This document shows, piece after piece, positions 44,675 to 54,614 of a stretch of 64,000 bases of DNA. Under the pieces are notes generated by a model, which saw only the letters and a program-made list of their open reading frames with translations, was not told the DNA's origin and searched no databases. A program made the position numbers and the translations under genes. Source of the DNA: Candidatus Latescibacterota bacterium (GTDB taxonomy: Bacteria > Latescibacterota > CBDEFO01); contig CBDEFO010000004.1 in the NCBI GenBank assembly GCA_965237525.1, positions 224,001 through 288,000 on the forward strand. Reading direction: 5' to 3'. Numbering within the stretch: position 1 is the first letter of the stretch; every line of letters begins with the position of its first letter.

Positions 44675-45748
44675 ATGCCCATATTCTCACACACTGACTT
44701 GAGAGAACTTTCCGTTTGTATATTCAAAAACGCCGGTGTCGCCTCAGATGAAGCAGAGATCATAAGCGATCATCTTGTGGATGCCAATCTGTGCGGCCAC
44801 GACTCGCACGGTGTTTTAAGGATTTCCAGCTACGTAACCGAGATCCAAGCGGGACACGCGCTCCACAGCGAGGCCAGCGCAGGTCGCTGCCAGATTGTAA
44901 AAGAGACTCCGTGCACGGCTGTGATAGACGCCAGGGGAGGATTCGGGATCGTGGCGGCGCTGAGGGCGATGCAGATGGCCATAGAAAAGGCAAGAGAACA
45001 CACCTTCGGCTCAGTCGGCGTCCATCGCTGCACTCATACGGGACGTCTGGGAGACTATCCGCCAAGGGCCGCAAGAGAGGGGATGATCGGGATTGTTCTT
45101 CTAAATGGCGGCGGCCGGTTTGTCGCTCCATTCGGCGGGAGTGAGCGCAGGCTGCCCCCGAATCCGATCTCTGTGAGCGTTCCAAAAGCTGACGGAGAAC
45201 CGATTATGCTGGACATCACGACCAGCGTGGTCGCAGGAGGCAAGATAGAACTAAAAGCCGCAAGGGGTGAAAAGATGCCAGAGGGATGGATGAAGAAAAG
45301 CGATGGGAGTCCAACTACTGATCCCAGAGATTTTGGCGAAGATCCCTCCACTTTCGTCCCACCCTTAGGCGGACCTGCAGGGCACAAAGGGTTCGGACTC
45401 GGGATGATCGTGGACCTGCTCGCAGGGGGTCTCTCCTGGGCGGGATGCAGTCAGCCCGACCCGACGCGCGGCGCCTGCGGTTTTTTGGCTATGGCTATCA
45501 AGATAGAGAGTTTCATTGACCTTGAGGAATATGAAAGAGAGGCTCAGATCCTAACAGACTGGGTGAAATCCTCAAAGACGCTGCCCGGAGTCGAGAGGAT
45601 ATACGTCCCCGGAGAGATAGAGCAAGAGACCCGAAAGGCAAGACTCAAAGCTGGCATATACATAGAGGAGTCCACGTGGAATAAGATAAGAAGCACAGCA
45701 GAGGACTTAAACGTCCCCGTCCCTAGGCAAGTGGAGAGTGGTCAGTAG
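44675..45748 (+). CDS. Ldh_2 family (malate/L-lactate/sulfolactate) dehydrogenase
   Basis: GHDSHG, H.GRLG, NPI, GHKG.GL and PGE motifs. Confidence 0.92.
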   Translation: MPIFSHTDLRELSVCIFKNAGVASDEAEIISDHLVDANLCGHDSHGVLRISSYVTEIQAGHALHSEASAGRCQIVKETPCTAVIDARGGFGIVAALRAMQMAIEKAREHTFGSVGVHRCTHTGRLGDYPPRAAREGMIGIVLLNGGGRFVAPFGGSERRLPPNPISVSVPKADGEPIMLDITTSVVAGGKIELKAARGEKMPEGWMKKSDGSPTTDPRDFGEDPSTFVPPLGGPAGHKGFGLGMIVDLLAGGLSWAGCSQPDPTRGACGFLAMAIKIESFIDLEEYEREAQILTDWVKSSKTLPGVERIYVPGEIEQETRKARLKAGIYIEESTWNKIRSTAEDLNVPVPRQVESGQ

Positions 45749-45823
45749 CTCCGACCCCCAACAGCATCAATTTGGGTCAGGGACAGGCAAGGACAGACAC
45801 ACCCATTAGACACTAGACAGAAT

Positions 45824-46060
45824 GTTGTAGGGGCGAGGTCCACTCGCCCCAAGGCAGACACACGGGTCTGCTGACCCCTCTGTATCCCCCCTTAATAAGG
45901 GGGGATACAGAGGGGTTGAATGTAGGGGCGATCCCCGATTGAGCCATTCGGGGACAGGCCCGCGTGGCAGTGTAGGGGCAGATAAGGCAACAACCCATCC
46001 CCGCTCCCCTATAGATTCAATAGGGGATCACAATCGGGGAAGTGGTTCGCCCTCCAGTAG
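45824..46060. repeat. Cluster of REP-like palindromes
   Basis: Several TGTAGGGGC units, CCCCCTTAATAAGGGGG and CCCCTATAGATTCAATAGGGG. Confidence 0.75.
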
Positions 46061-46107
46061 ATACAGGTGGCACCTCACGATGATTATGGCAACAGGAGCA
46101 AAAAAAG

Positions 46108-47271
46108 ATGAATCAAAGTTCTATGTTCACTATTCCACCTGTGGTGATCACAGGCCCTGATGCCTCTACATCTGTCGGTGAGGAGGCAAAAAGGATCAGC
46201 GGAACCAGGGCGCTTATCGTTACTGACAAGGGCATATCCGAATTGGGCTATGTGGAGAGGATTGCAGAGAAGTTGAAAGATGAGAAAATATCGTTTGCGG
46301 TCTTCGACGACGTCCAGCCCGATCCCACAACGAAGAACGTCATAGACGGATTGGAGATATACAAAAGGGAAAATTGCGATTTTCTGGTTGCCGTCGGCGG
46401 AGGGAGTCCCATAGACTCGGCCAAGGGCACCGCCGTAATGGCGGCGAACCATGGCAATTTACAAGACTATCAGGGCGTGGGCAAGATACCACATCCGGGG
46501 GCTCCTTTGATAGCTATTCCCACAACGGCGGGGACTGGCAGCGAGGTGACCAAAGTGGCAGTGATCACAGACACAGAGAGGAATGTGAAGATGATGATGA
46601 GCAGTCCGTGTTTACTGGCAACAGCCGCTTTAGTTGATCCGCTCTTGACCCTTTCGGTTCCTCCGGCGCTCACGGCTGCAGTCGGCGTGGATTCTCTGGC
46701 GCACGCGGTGGAGGCTTACATCTCCCAAAGGGCTCAGCCCATCACAGACGCCCTTGCGCTGTCGGCTGTGGGACTTATCTCGGGGAACCTGAGATCCGCC
46801 TGGGCAAACGGCGACGACATAGAGGCAAGGACTAATATGACGATAGCAGCCACGAAGGCCGGCATGGCGTTCAGCAATTCGTCTGTCGCCCTGGTGCACG
46901 GCATGTCCCGCCCGATAGGGGCGTACTTCCACATACATCACGGTCTTTCCAACGCCGTCCTGCTCCCTGCTGTTATGGAGTTCACCTTTGTGGGAAATCT
47001 GGAGAGGTTTGCCGACATCGCCCTTGCGATGGGAGAGAACTTGGAGGGACTATCCTTAAGGGAAAGTGCCCGGAAAGCTGTGGAGGCGATAGTGGACTTG
47101 AATCGGGATATAGAGATGCCTCGTCTGGGCGACATAGGGGTAACGGAGGACAAACTGAAGCACGTGGTCCAAAAGATGGCAGAGGACGCCATAGACAGCG
47201 GGAGTCCGGCCAACAATCCTCGCGTCGCTTCGAAGGAGCAGATTATAGAGCTTTACTTCAAGTCACTGTGA
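46108..47271 (+). CDS. Iron-containing alcohol dehydrogenase
   Basis: GGGSPID, PTTAGTGSE, DSLAHAVE and HHG motifs. Confidence 0.95.
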   Translation: MNQSSMFTIPPVVITGPDASTSVGEEAKRISGTRALIVTDKGISELGYVERIAEKLKDEKISFAVFDDVQPDPTTKNVIDGLEIYKRENCDFLVAVGGGSPIDSAKGTAVMAANHGNLQDYQGVGKIPHPGAPLIAIPTTAGTGSEVTKVAVITDTERNVKMMMSSPCLLATAALVDPLLTLSVPPALTAAVGVDSLAHAVEAYISQRAQPITDALALSAVGLISGNLRSAWANGDDIEARTNMTIAATKAGMAFSNSSVALVHGMSRPIGAYFHIHHGLSNAVLLPAVMEFTFVGNLERFADIALAMGENLEGLSLRESARKAVEAIVDLNRDIEMPRLGDIGVTEDKLKHVVQKMAEDAIDSGSPANNPRVASKEQIIELYFKSL

Positions 47272-47312
47272 TCTAAAACCCCTTACTGTGATTGAGATGG
47301 CGAAGCTTGCTC

Positions 47313-47450
47313 ATGTAGGCCCAGCACCTCGCACCCCTTGAGTCCCCGATTGAATCTATCGGGGGTCCACTCACCCCCAAGGGCAGACACACGGGTCTGC
47401 CCCTACACATGCGCTGGTCTATGTAGGGGAGAACCCACGTGTTCGCCCAG
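47313..47450. repeat. Cluster of REP-like palindromes
   Basis: CCCCGATTGAATCTATCGGGG and GGGCAGACACACGGGTCTGCCCCTACA. Confidence 0.75.
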
Positions 47451-47539
47451 TACTCATCGGACTTGGCTACCTCTTTGACTGTAAGCATGTCGTGGATATC
47501 CATCTTTCCCTCCTTTTGGTAAAGGGCTATTACTTTCTT

Positions 47540-47843
47540 GGTGACCCCTGGTGACCCTTTACTATAAAGTTTTCATATTTTCAATAAATCGTTTTTTCAA
47601 AAGTTCTATGCAAAGGGTCACCAACCCTCACCAACTGTCTTAAGTATCTACCAGCCCGATTCCAATGTAGTAATATTTTCCAGCAATCCTTTTTTTCTCA
47701 AGCATTTCTCCCATCCGCGTTCCAAACACTGTACTGCTCACCGTCCTATAACCATTTTGATCGCAGAATTCGCAATATTTCTTATACAGGTGAATGCTGA
47801 GACTCCAATGCGCTGTTCTTAAACAGACAGTGGGATTCTCCAA
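47540..47843 (-). pseudogene. P4/D5-type primase C-terminal remnant plus origin-like GGTGAC inverted repeat module
   Basis: LYKKY.EFC.QNG...VS...FG......EKKR......YIGIGL, followed by GGTGA(C) repeats inverted around an AT-rich core. Confidence 0.7.
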
Positions 47844-48038
47844 TTGCGATTATTTAAAATTTAGATTGACTTTCTTGGTATTACTCCCTATTATTATTTG
47901 TTCAAAAATATTAATAGATATAGGCATCTCTGCACAAGGTAAGATAGAAATTTGAACTTACGATCCGAACCGGTTGAATGGGATTTGCTGGCAGTAATCA
48001 TTCCGTGTTGGATCTTATATTGAAAGGAGACAAGCGTT

Positions 48039-48920
48039 TTGCAAGCTATTGACTATGCTTCTGCTCAAACTGTGGATGAGGCGGTGTCCCTGCTCAAGGG
48101 AAAGGGAGATCAGGCCAGAGTCTTAAGCGGAGGGACTGACATAATAGTTCAGGTCAGAGAGAACCGTCGAAGCCTGAAACTTCTGGTGGACGTCAAGCAA
48201 ATTCCAGAGGTCAACCAATTGTCATATCACCCCACAGAGGGGCTCCATCTTGGGGCCGCAGTCCCCTGCTACACAATCTACGAAGACAAGACCGTTGTCC
48301 AGAAGTACCCGGGCCTTATAGATGCGGTTTCACTGATAGGCGGGATTCAGATACAGGCGAGAGCCACCGTAGGGGGGAATCTGTGCAATGCCTCCCCTGC
48401 AGCCGATGGCATACCGCCCCTTATCGTCCTGAATGCGCTCTGTGTAATTACGGGCCCCAATGGAACAAGAGAAGTCCCTGCCGAGGAGTTCTGCACGGCA
48501 CCGGGGCAGACTGTCTTGAAAGACGGAGAGCTTCTTTTATCTTTTAAGATTCCGCCGCCACAGGAAAATTCGGGGGCTTTCTATCTCCGCTTTATCCCTC
48601 GAAACGAAATGGATATAGCCGTTGTAGGAGCTGGGGCGTCGGTGGTTTTAGACGATGCTGGAACGTCCTTTGTATCGGCTAAGGTCGCACTTGCAGCGGT
48701 GGCCCCAACCCCACTTTTGGTGGAGGAGGCAGGAGAGCTGCTTTCGGGAAGTCAAGTCTCTGACGAGATCATAGCAAGCGCAGCACAAGCGGCCGAGGCG
48801 GCATCCAGACCGATAAGCGATATGCGCGGGACAGTCGCTCAGAGGCGGCACCTGGTGGGCGTGTTGACCCGGCGCGCCATAAACGGAGCGATTCAAAGAG
48901 CAACAGACGGCAAGCAGTAG
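48039..48920 (+). CDS. Xanthine dehydrogenase family FAD-binding subunit (CoxM-like)
   Basis: SGGTD and ATVGGNLCNASPAAD motifs. Confidence 0.93.
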   Translation: MQAIDYASAQTVDEAVSLLKGKGDQARVLSGGTDIIVQVRENRRSLKLLVDVKQIPEVNQLSYHPTEGLHLGAAVPCYTIYEDKTVVQKYPGLIDAVSLIGGIQIQARATVGGNLCNASPAADGIPPLIVLNALCVITGPNGTREVPAEEFCTAPGQTVLKDGELLLSFKIPPPQENSGAFYLRFIPRNEMDIAVVGAGASVVLDDAGTSFVSAKVALAAVAPTPLLVEEAGELLSGSQVSDEIIASAAQAAEAASRPISDMRGTVAQRRHLVGVLTRRAINGAIQRATDGKQ

Positions 48921-48999
48921 AACTGACATTATCGTCTGTTATGCCGCTGGACACGAATTCCTGACCTACTGTCTATTAATCTGTAAGGAGGCTCGGTAA

Positions 49000-49482
49000 A
49001 TGAATAGAAAAGTTCATGTGCAAACTAAGATCAACGGCGAAGAGGTCGAGTTCCTCTCTGAACCTCGTCAAAGTCTCCTGGAAGTCTTACGGGACGAACT
49101 CTTTCTGACGGGCACCAAGGAGGGCTGTAATAACGGCAATTGCGGGGCGTGCAACGTCATCCTGGACGGACGATTGGTGAATTCCTGCATGGTTTTAGGT
49201 GTCGAGGTAGAAGGTAAAGAGATGACCACCATAGAGGGAATTGCAGATGAAAGAGGGCTCCATCCGATCCAGCAGAAGTTCCTGGAGCACGCCGCCCTCC
49301 AGTGCGGGGTATGCACCCCGGGATTCATCGTAGCGGCAAAGGCCCTTTTAGATAAAATACCCGAGCCTACAGAACATCAGGCTCGGTACTGGTTAGCCGG
49401 TAATCTCTGTCGGTGCACAGGCTACGATAAAATCATCAGAGCCGTCCTGGATGTGGCTCAATCAACAGACGGGGGAGAATAA
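49000..49482 (+). CDS. Xanthine dehydrogenase family 2Fe-2S subunit (CoxS-like)
   Basis: GC..G.CGAC, QCG.CTPG and NLCRCTGY motifs. Confidence 0.95.
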   Translation: MNRKVHVQTKINGEEVEFLSEPRQSLLEVLRDELFLTGTKEGCNNGNCGACNVILDGRLVNSCMVLGVEVEGKEMTTIEGIADERGLHPIQQKFLEHAALQCGVCTPGFIVAAKALLDKIPEPTEHQARYWLAGNLCRCTGYDKIIRAVLDVAQSTDGGE

Positions 49483-51791
49483 TGGCAACAGGGGTTAAGA
49501 ACGACTATAAGGTTATCGGCACCCGTCCGATCCGACACGATGGCACGGACAAGGTGACCGGAAGAGCGATATATGGAGCGGACGTCTATATGGCTGGGAC
49601 CCTGCACGGAAAGGTGTTGAGGAGTCCTCATGCCCACGCAAGGATTCGTTCCATCGATACAAGTCGGGCACTTAAACTTGATGGCGTGAAGGCTGTGGTG
49701 ACATCCAAGGATCTTCCTGAGCTGGCTGACAAGATCGCTGATTTGGGTGAAGGCGCCGTGAATCTGAAGTTTCTGGGCGACAATGTCCTTGCTGGAGAAA
49801 AGGTGCTCTACAAGGGACATGCGGTGGCCGCCGTGGCGGCTGTCAATGCACATGTGGCCGAGGAGGCGTTATCCTTAATAGACGTAGACTATGAGGTCCT
49901 GCCGCCGGTGATGGACGTGCAAAAGGCGATGGAGGACGACGCTCCTCTGTTGCACGATACTCTGACTACGAAGTCCCTGGGCGAAAAGACGGACGTAGTG
50001 AGCAATATAGCCGAGCACTTTCAATTCAAGATGGGGGATATTGAACAGGGCTTCAAAGAGGCGGATGTAGTGATCGAGCGCGAATTCAACACAGCTACAG
50101 TGCATCAGGGCTACATCGAGCCGCACAACGTAACAGCCCTCTGGAAGCCCGACCGGCAGAGTGGCCGCTTTGACGGGGAGGCAGCAAGCCAGGACAGCGG
50201 CCACCTGACCGTCTGGTGCAGCACTCAAGGGGCGTTCACCGTGCGTCATCAGTTGTCAGAACTCCTGCAGATGCCCATCTCGAACATTAAGGTAATACCA
50301 GCCGAGATCGGCGGCGGTTTCGGAGGGAAAATTCAGGTCTATATAAAGCCTGTAGCTGCCCTCCTTTCCCGCAAGACAGGACACCCTGTCAAGATCGTGA
50401 TGAACCGGGACGAGGTCTTCCAAGGCACAGGTCCTACACCCGCCACCTACATGAAGATGAAGATCGGAGCGACGAAAGCAGGACAGATCACCGCTGCACA
50501 GGCATACCTTGCATACGAAGCTGGGGCATATCCCGGTTCTCCAGTGGGTGCAGGCGCTATGTGCGTCTTTGCCCCCTACGAGATAGACAACGTCGTGATC
50601 GACGGATTCGACGTTGTGGTGAACAAACCCAAGACCTCCGCCTACAGGGCACCCGGCGCCACTAGCGCGGCCTTTGCCACAGAGACGGTGGTAGATGAAA
50701 TATGTGAGGAACTCTCAATAGACCCTCTCGAGTTTCGCATCAAGAACGGCGCCAAAGAGGGCACCCGACGCGCCGATGGACCCGTATTCCCTCGCATCGG
50801 CTGCATAGAGACCACCGAGGCGGCTCTGAATCACGAACACTATTCGGCGGCGCTGGAAGGGCCAAACAGAGGCAGAGGCGTCGCCTCGGGCTTCTGGTTC
50901 AACGTCGGACTCCAGTCCTCGGCCTCGGCCAGCGTGAACCCTGACGGGACGGTGAGCCTCGTAGAGGGATCCCCGGACATCGGCGGCACACGGGCATCTG
51001 CGGCTATGCAGCTGGCAGAAGTGTTAGGCATTCCCGCAGAGGACGTCCACCCGATAGTCGGGGATACGGATTCTGTTGGATTCACGGAGGTCACCGGAGG
51101 TAGTCGTGTGACGTTCGCCACCGGATGGGCTTGTATAGAGGCGGGCGAGGACATCAAACGGCAGCTAATGGAACGCGCCGCCAAGCTCTGGGAGATCTCC
51201 TCGGAGGAGGTAGAATTTGAGGACGGCGTATTTAAGGCTGTGGGCGACCCGTCCAAGACCATCACTTTTAAGGAACTATCCGGAAAGCTGAATGAGACCG
51301 GCGGCCCCGTCGCGGGGCGTGCCTCAGTAGATCCTACGGGAGTTGGGGGAGCGTTTGCGACCCACATAGTGGATGTGGAGGTCGACCCGGAGACCGGTAA
51401 GACCCAGATTCTGCGCTACACCGCCGTGCAGGACGCCGGAAAGGCGATCCATCCGAGCTATGTGGAAGGACAGATGCAGGGCGGATCGGTGCAGGGCATC
51501 GGATGGGCTCTGAACGAAGAGTACATGTACGACGATGAGGGAAACATGCTGAACGCGAGTCTTCTGGATTACCGAATGCCCACGAGTCTGGATCTGCCTA
51601 TGATAGACACGCTGATAGTCGAAGTGCCAAATCCGGGCCATCCCTTCGGGGTGCGAGGCGTCGGCGAGGTCCCTATAGTTCCTCCCCCGGCCGCCATAGC
51701 AAACGCTATCTATCGTGCGGTCGGCGTTCGGATGAGGCTACTGCCGGCGTCCCCCGGTCGCGTCCTGGAAGCACTCTGGGAGAAAGGGTAG
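49482..51791 (+). CDS. Xanthine dehydrogenase family molybdopterin-binding subunit
   Basis: GGGFGGK, AYRAPG, EGQMQGG and GVGE motifs. Confidence 0.95.
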   Translation: MATGVKNDYKVIGTRPIRHDGTDKVTGRAIYGADVYMAGTLHGKVLRSPHAHARIRSIDTSRALKLDGVKAVVTSKDLPELADKIADLGEGAVNLKFLGDNVLAGEKVLYKGHAVAAVAAVNAHVAEEALSLIDVDYEVLPPVMDVQKAMEDDAPLLHDTLTTKSLGEKTDVVSNIAEHFQFKMGDIEQGFKEADVVIEREFNTATVHQGYIEPHNVTALWKPDRQSGRFDGEAASQDSGHLTVWCSTQGAFTVRHQLSELLQMPISNIKVIPAEIGGGFGGKIQVYIKPVAALLSRKTGHPVKIVMNRDEVFQGTGPTPATYMKMKIGATKAGQITAAQAYLAYEAGAYPGSPVGAGAMCVFAPYEIDNVVIDGFDVVVNKPKTSAYRAPGATSAAFATETVVDEICEELSIDPLEFRIKNGAKEGTRRADGPVFPRIGCIETTEAALNHEHYSAALEGPNRGRGVASGFWFNVGLQSSASASVNPDGTVSLVEGSPDIGGTRASAAMQLAEVLGIPAEDVHPIVGDTDSVGFTEVTGGSRVTFATGWACIEAGEDIKRQLMERAAKLWEISSEEVEFEDGVFKAVGDPSKTITFKELSGKLNETGGPVAGRASVDPTGVGGAFATHIVDVEVDPETGKTQILRYTAVQDAGKAIHPSYVEGQMQGGSVQGIGWALNEEYMYDDEGNMLNASLLDYRMPTSLDLPMIDTLIVEVPNPGHPFGVRGVGEVPIVPPPAAIANAIYRAVGVRMRLLPASPGRVLEALWEKG

Positions 51792-51796
51792 TCTCT

Positions 51797-52087
51797 ATGC
51801 CGGTTGTATGGATCCCCTCCTTGATGCAGGACCTTACCGACGGACAGGAGAAGGTGAAAGTAGAGGGCTCCACAATTCGGCAGGTGGTGGACAACCTGGA
51901 GACCGCCTACCCCGGGCTTAAAGACCGACTGAGTGAAGAAGGTAGAATAAGGCCGAACATTGCGGTGATCGTTGACGGTCAGGTCTCGCGCCTTGGGTTG
52001 CTTCAGACCGTAAGTGACACCAGCGAAGTACATTTCCTTCCAGCAATAGGTGGGGGAGCACCGTCTCTCCTCCCCCTACCCAGGTAG
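51797..52087 (+). CDS. MoaD/ThiS family sulfur carrier
   Basis: Beta-grasp pattern ending FLPAIGGG, with a 9-aa extension. Confidence 0.85.
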   Translation: MPVVWIPSLMQDLTDGQEKVKVEGSTIRQVVDNLETAYPGLKDRLSEEGRIRPNIAVIVDGQVSRLGLLQTVSDTSEVHFLPAIGGGAPSLLPLPR

Positions 52088-52096
52088 ACAGTAACG

Positions 52097-53396
52097 GTTG
52101 AATATCAAATGAAATCGGTGCACCTAATTTGATCTTTGTTTAGAGTATTAGTAGATTAAGTTGAGTTGATTGTCTTAACTTTAATCTACGGAGTCCTATG
52201 GACAAAGAGAGATTGGCCGTATTAAGACAAGAAGTCAACGAGATGTATTTTAAGAAAGAAATGTCAAAGCGAGAAGTTATCAAACAAGCGAGAGTTTCCA
52301 ATGATTTCGTTACGGCTTGGACTAAATCTCTGGATCAGGATTTTGCCATGGATAATCGGGGTTGGCCAAAAGGAAAAAGGCGAAAATTGGCTAAAGTTGA
52401 CGAACAGAGAATCAAAGAGATTTACCATAGCTTAGAGGACGATCCTTATCAGTTCTATTCAGGAGCCACTGTTATTGAACAAGAATGGAGGAATCGATAT
52501 TCTAGCACCCCTCCTCCGTCGTTGCCGACTATCGGCAGAATGCTTTCAGATTTAGGACTTTCCCAGAGAAGGAAGAAAGGTAAAAACAAGGGTGCATCTC
52601 GTTATCTTTGTTATCCAGAGTATACCATTTACTATCTTTCAGGAGGCAGAGTCCTAGAATCAGACTTTATTGGTAAAAAGTATCTTACCGGCAGAACTGA
52701 GCCGGTCAACTTCGTTGGATTTTCCTTTAAGAAAGAGCCTAAGTTAAGGTATTTTCGGCGGGTTGACGGTCAAACAGCAACTAACTTTATCGAGAAGTGT
52801 CAGTCTTTCTTTGACAGGTTTGAAAAACCAGATTTCGTTAAGGTGGACAATTGCTCGGCGACTATTGGCAGTGTTTCAGGTAAAAGGAATGTCAGCAAAG
52901 CAATGCAGTTTCTCTTGAAAAATCAAGTGATTCCGATATTTGCCGTTCCCAGAAGGCCCTTTTCTCAAGCATCTATAGAAGGCAACAATTCTGTATTTTC
53001 AAGGAAGTTCTGGAACAGAATTCAGTTCAAAAGCTTACAAGAAGTTGATCAGAAGTTAGAATGGTTTAATCTTTCATCACAGAGATACACCGGCTACCGT
53101 CCACCTAAGCAAGAGAAGTCAAACGAGAAAGATTTCATTCCCAAGACCTATTTTATCAGACAAGTCAAACAGGACACAGAACAGACAGATAAAGCCTTTA
53201 TCGATGTCCTAAATGAGAAAGTATCTCTTCCCTCCTCTTACACCAACTACTTTGTCCTGGCTGAATGGAACCTAAAAGAAGAACAATTATACATCCATTT
53301 TGAAAAAGAACAGAAACCAAAGATTGTCGAAAACCTATCATTCAAGATCAATCAAAGATCGAAAGAGAAGTGCACCGATTTCATTTGATAAATAAC
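52097..53396 (+). mobile_element. Insertion sequence with integrase-core (IS481/IS3-like) DDE transposase (CDS 52198-53388)
   Basis: TIR core TATCAAATGAAATCGGTGCAC at both ends; flanking duplication CAGTAACG; ESDF/VDN/SIEG candidate triad; a second copy lies at the window end. Confidence 0.85.
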
Positions 53397-53506
53397 CAGT
53401 AACGCCTGATTGCCCCCGATTGATTCTATCGGGGATCGGGGGTAGAGGCAGACAGGACATCTCCCCCAGTCTGCTGTCTATTCATAAAACGGGGAGTGAC
53501 CGGACT

Positions 53507-54592
53507 ATGATAAAAAGGGATAATGAAGAGATCCTTGTCTATATTGGCACCTACACAGGTGGCAAGAGTGAAGGGATCTACGTCTATCGCATGGACCCAG
53601 CCTCCGGTGCCCTGGAATTCTCCAGCATGGCTACAGGAGTGGACAACCCCTCTTATCTGGACTTTGATCCCCAACGACGGTATCTCTATGCGGTTAACGA
53701 AGCTGAGGAGTTTTCCGGCAAACCCGGGGGCGCTGTCAGCGCCTTCTCCATCGACCCGGCAACAGGGAAACTGACCTATTTAAATCAGCAGCCCTCGCAT
53801 GGAGGTCTTCCCTGTCACCTGAGTGTAGATCAGACGCGTAAATATCTCCTGGTGGCGAACTATTTGGGCGGCAGTCTCTGCGTCCTCCCCATACTGGCAG
53901 ACGGCCAGTTGGGAGAAGCCACCGATTATTTTGTTCAGCACGAAGGTTCAAGTGTCGATCCAGGACGGCAGGGAGGCCCTCACGCCCATTCTATCACCTT
54001 GGATCCAGCCAATCGCTATGCCTTTGCGGCAGATCTTGGACTCGACAAGATCATGATTTACCAGCTCGATTTGACTCAGGGGAAGTTAAGGCCTAACGAT
54101 GAGCCCTGGGCTCAGGTTCATGCGGGGGCTGGACCGCGCCATTTCGCTTTTCATCCCAGCCTCAGATACGCCTATATAATTAATGAGCTGGACAGCACAA
54201 TGAGTGCATTTCATTATGATGACACGAACGGGACGCTCAGGGAAATTCAGTCGCTTTCCACCCTTCCTGACGATTTTGAAGGCACAAACTACCCTGCGGA
54301 CGTTCACGTCTCCCCATCTGGGAAGTTTCTCTATGGCTCGAATCGCGGTCATGACAGCATTGTGATCTATTCTATCGACGAGGATACAGGTCGGCTCACT
54401 TATGTAGGCTGTGAGCCTACACAGGGCAAGAATCCGCGCAACTTTGCCATCGATCCGACCGGCACCCTCCTGTTGGCCGCCAATCAGGATACTGACAACG
54501 TTGTGACGTTTCGAATTGATCAAGAGACCGGAAGGCTTATGGGCACGGGTAACGTAGCCGAAGTTCCGACACCAGTCTGTCTGAAGATGTGA
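53507..54592 (+). CDS. pgl: 6-phosphogluconolactonase (lactonase beta-propeller)
   Basis: YIGTYT, NPSYL, ANY.GG, PHAH, GPRH and SNRGHDSI motifs. Confidence 0.9.
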   Translation: MIKRDNEEILVYIGTYTGGKSEGIYVYRMDPASGALEFSSMATGVDNPSYLDFDPQRRYLYAVNEAEEFSGKPGGAVSAFSIDPATGKLTYLNQQPSHGGLPCHLSVDQTRKYLLVANYLGGSLCVLPILADGQLGEATDYFVQHEGSSVDPGRQGGPHAHSITLDPANRYAFAADLGLDKIMIYQLDLTQGKLRPNDEPWAQVHAGAGPRHFAFHPSLRYAYIINELDSTMSAFHYDDTNGTLREIQSLSTLPDDFEGTNYPADVHVSPSGKFLYGSNRGHDSIVIYSIDEDTGRLTYVGCEPTQGKNPRNFAIDPTGTLLLAANQDTDNVVTFRIDQETGRLMGTGNVAEVPTPVCLKM

Positions 54593-54614
54593 GCGCCGGA
54601 GATAACAACAGAAG

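Noticed and set aside
49482..51791. Aerobic CO dehydrogenase (coxMSL)
   Set aside because: It lacks the AYxCSFR motif despite the M-S-L gene order.
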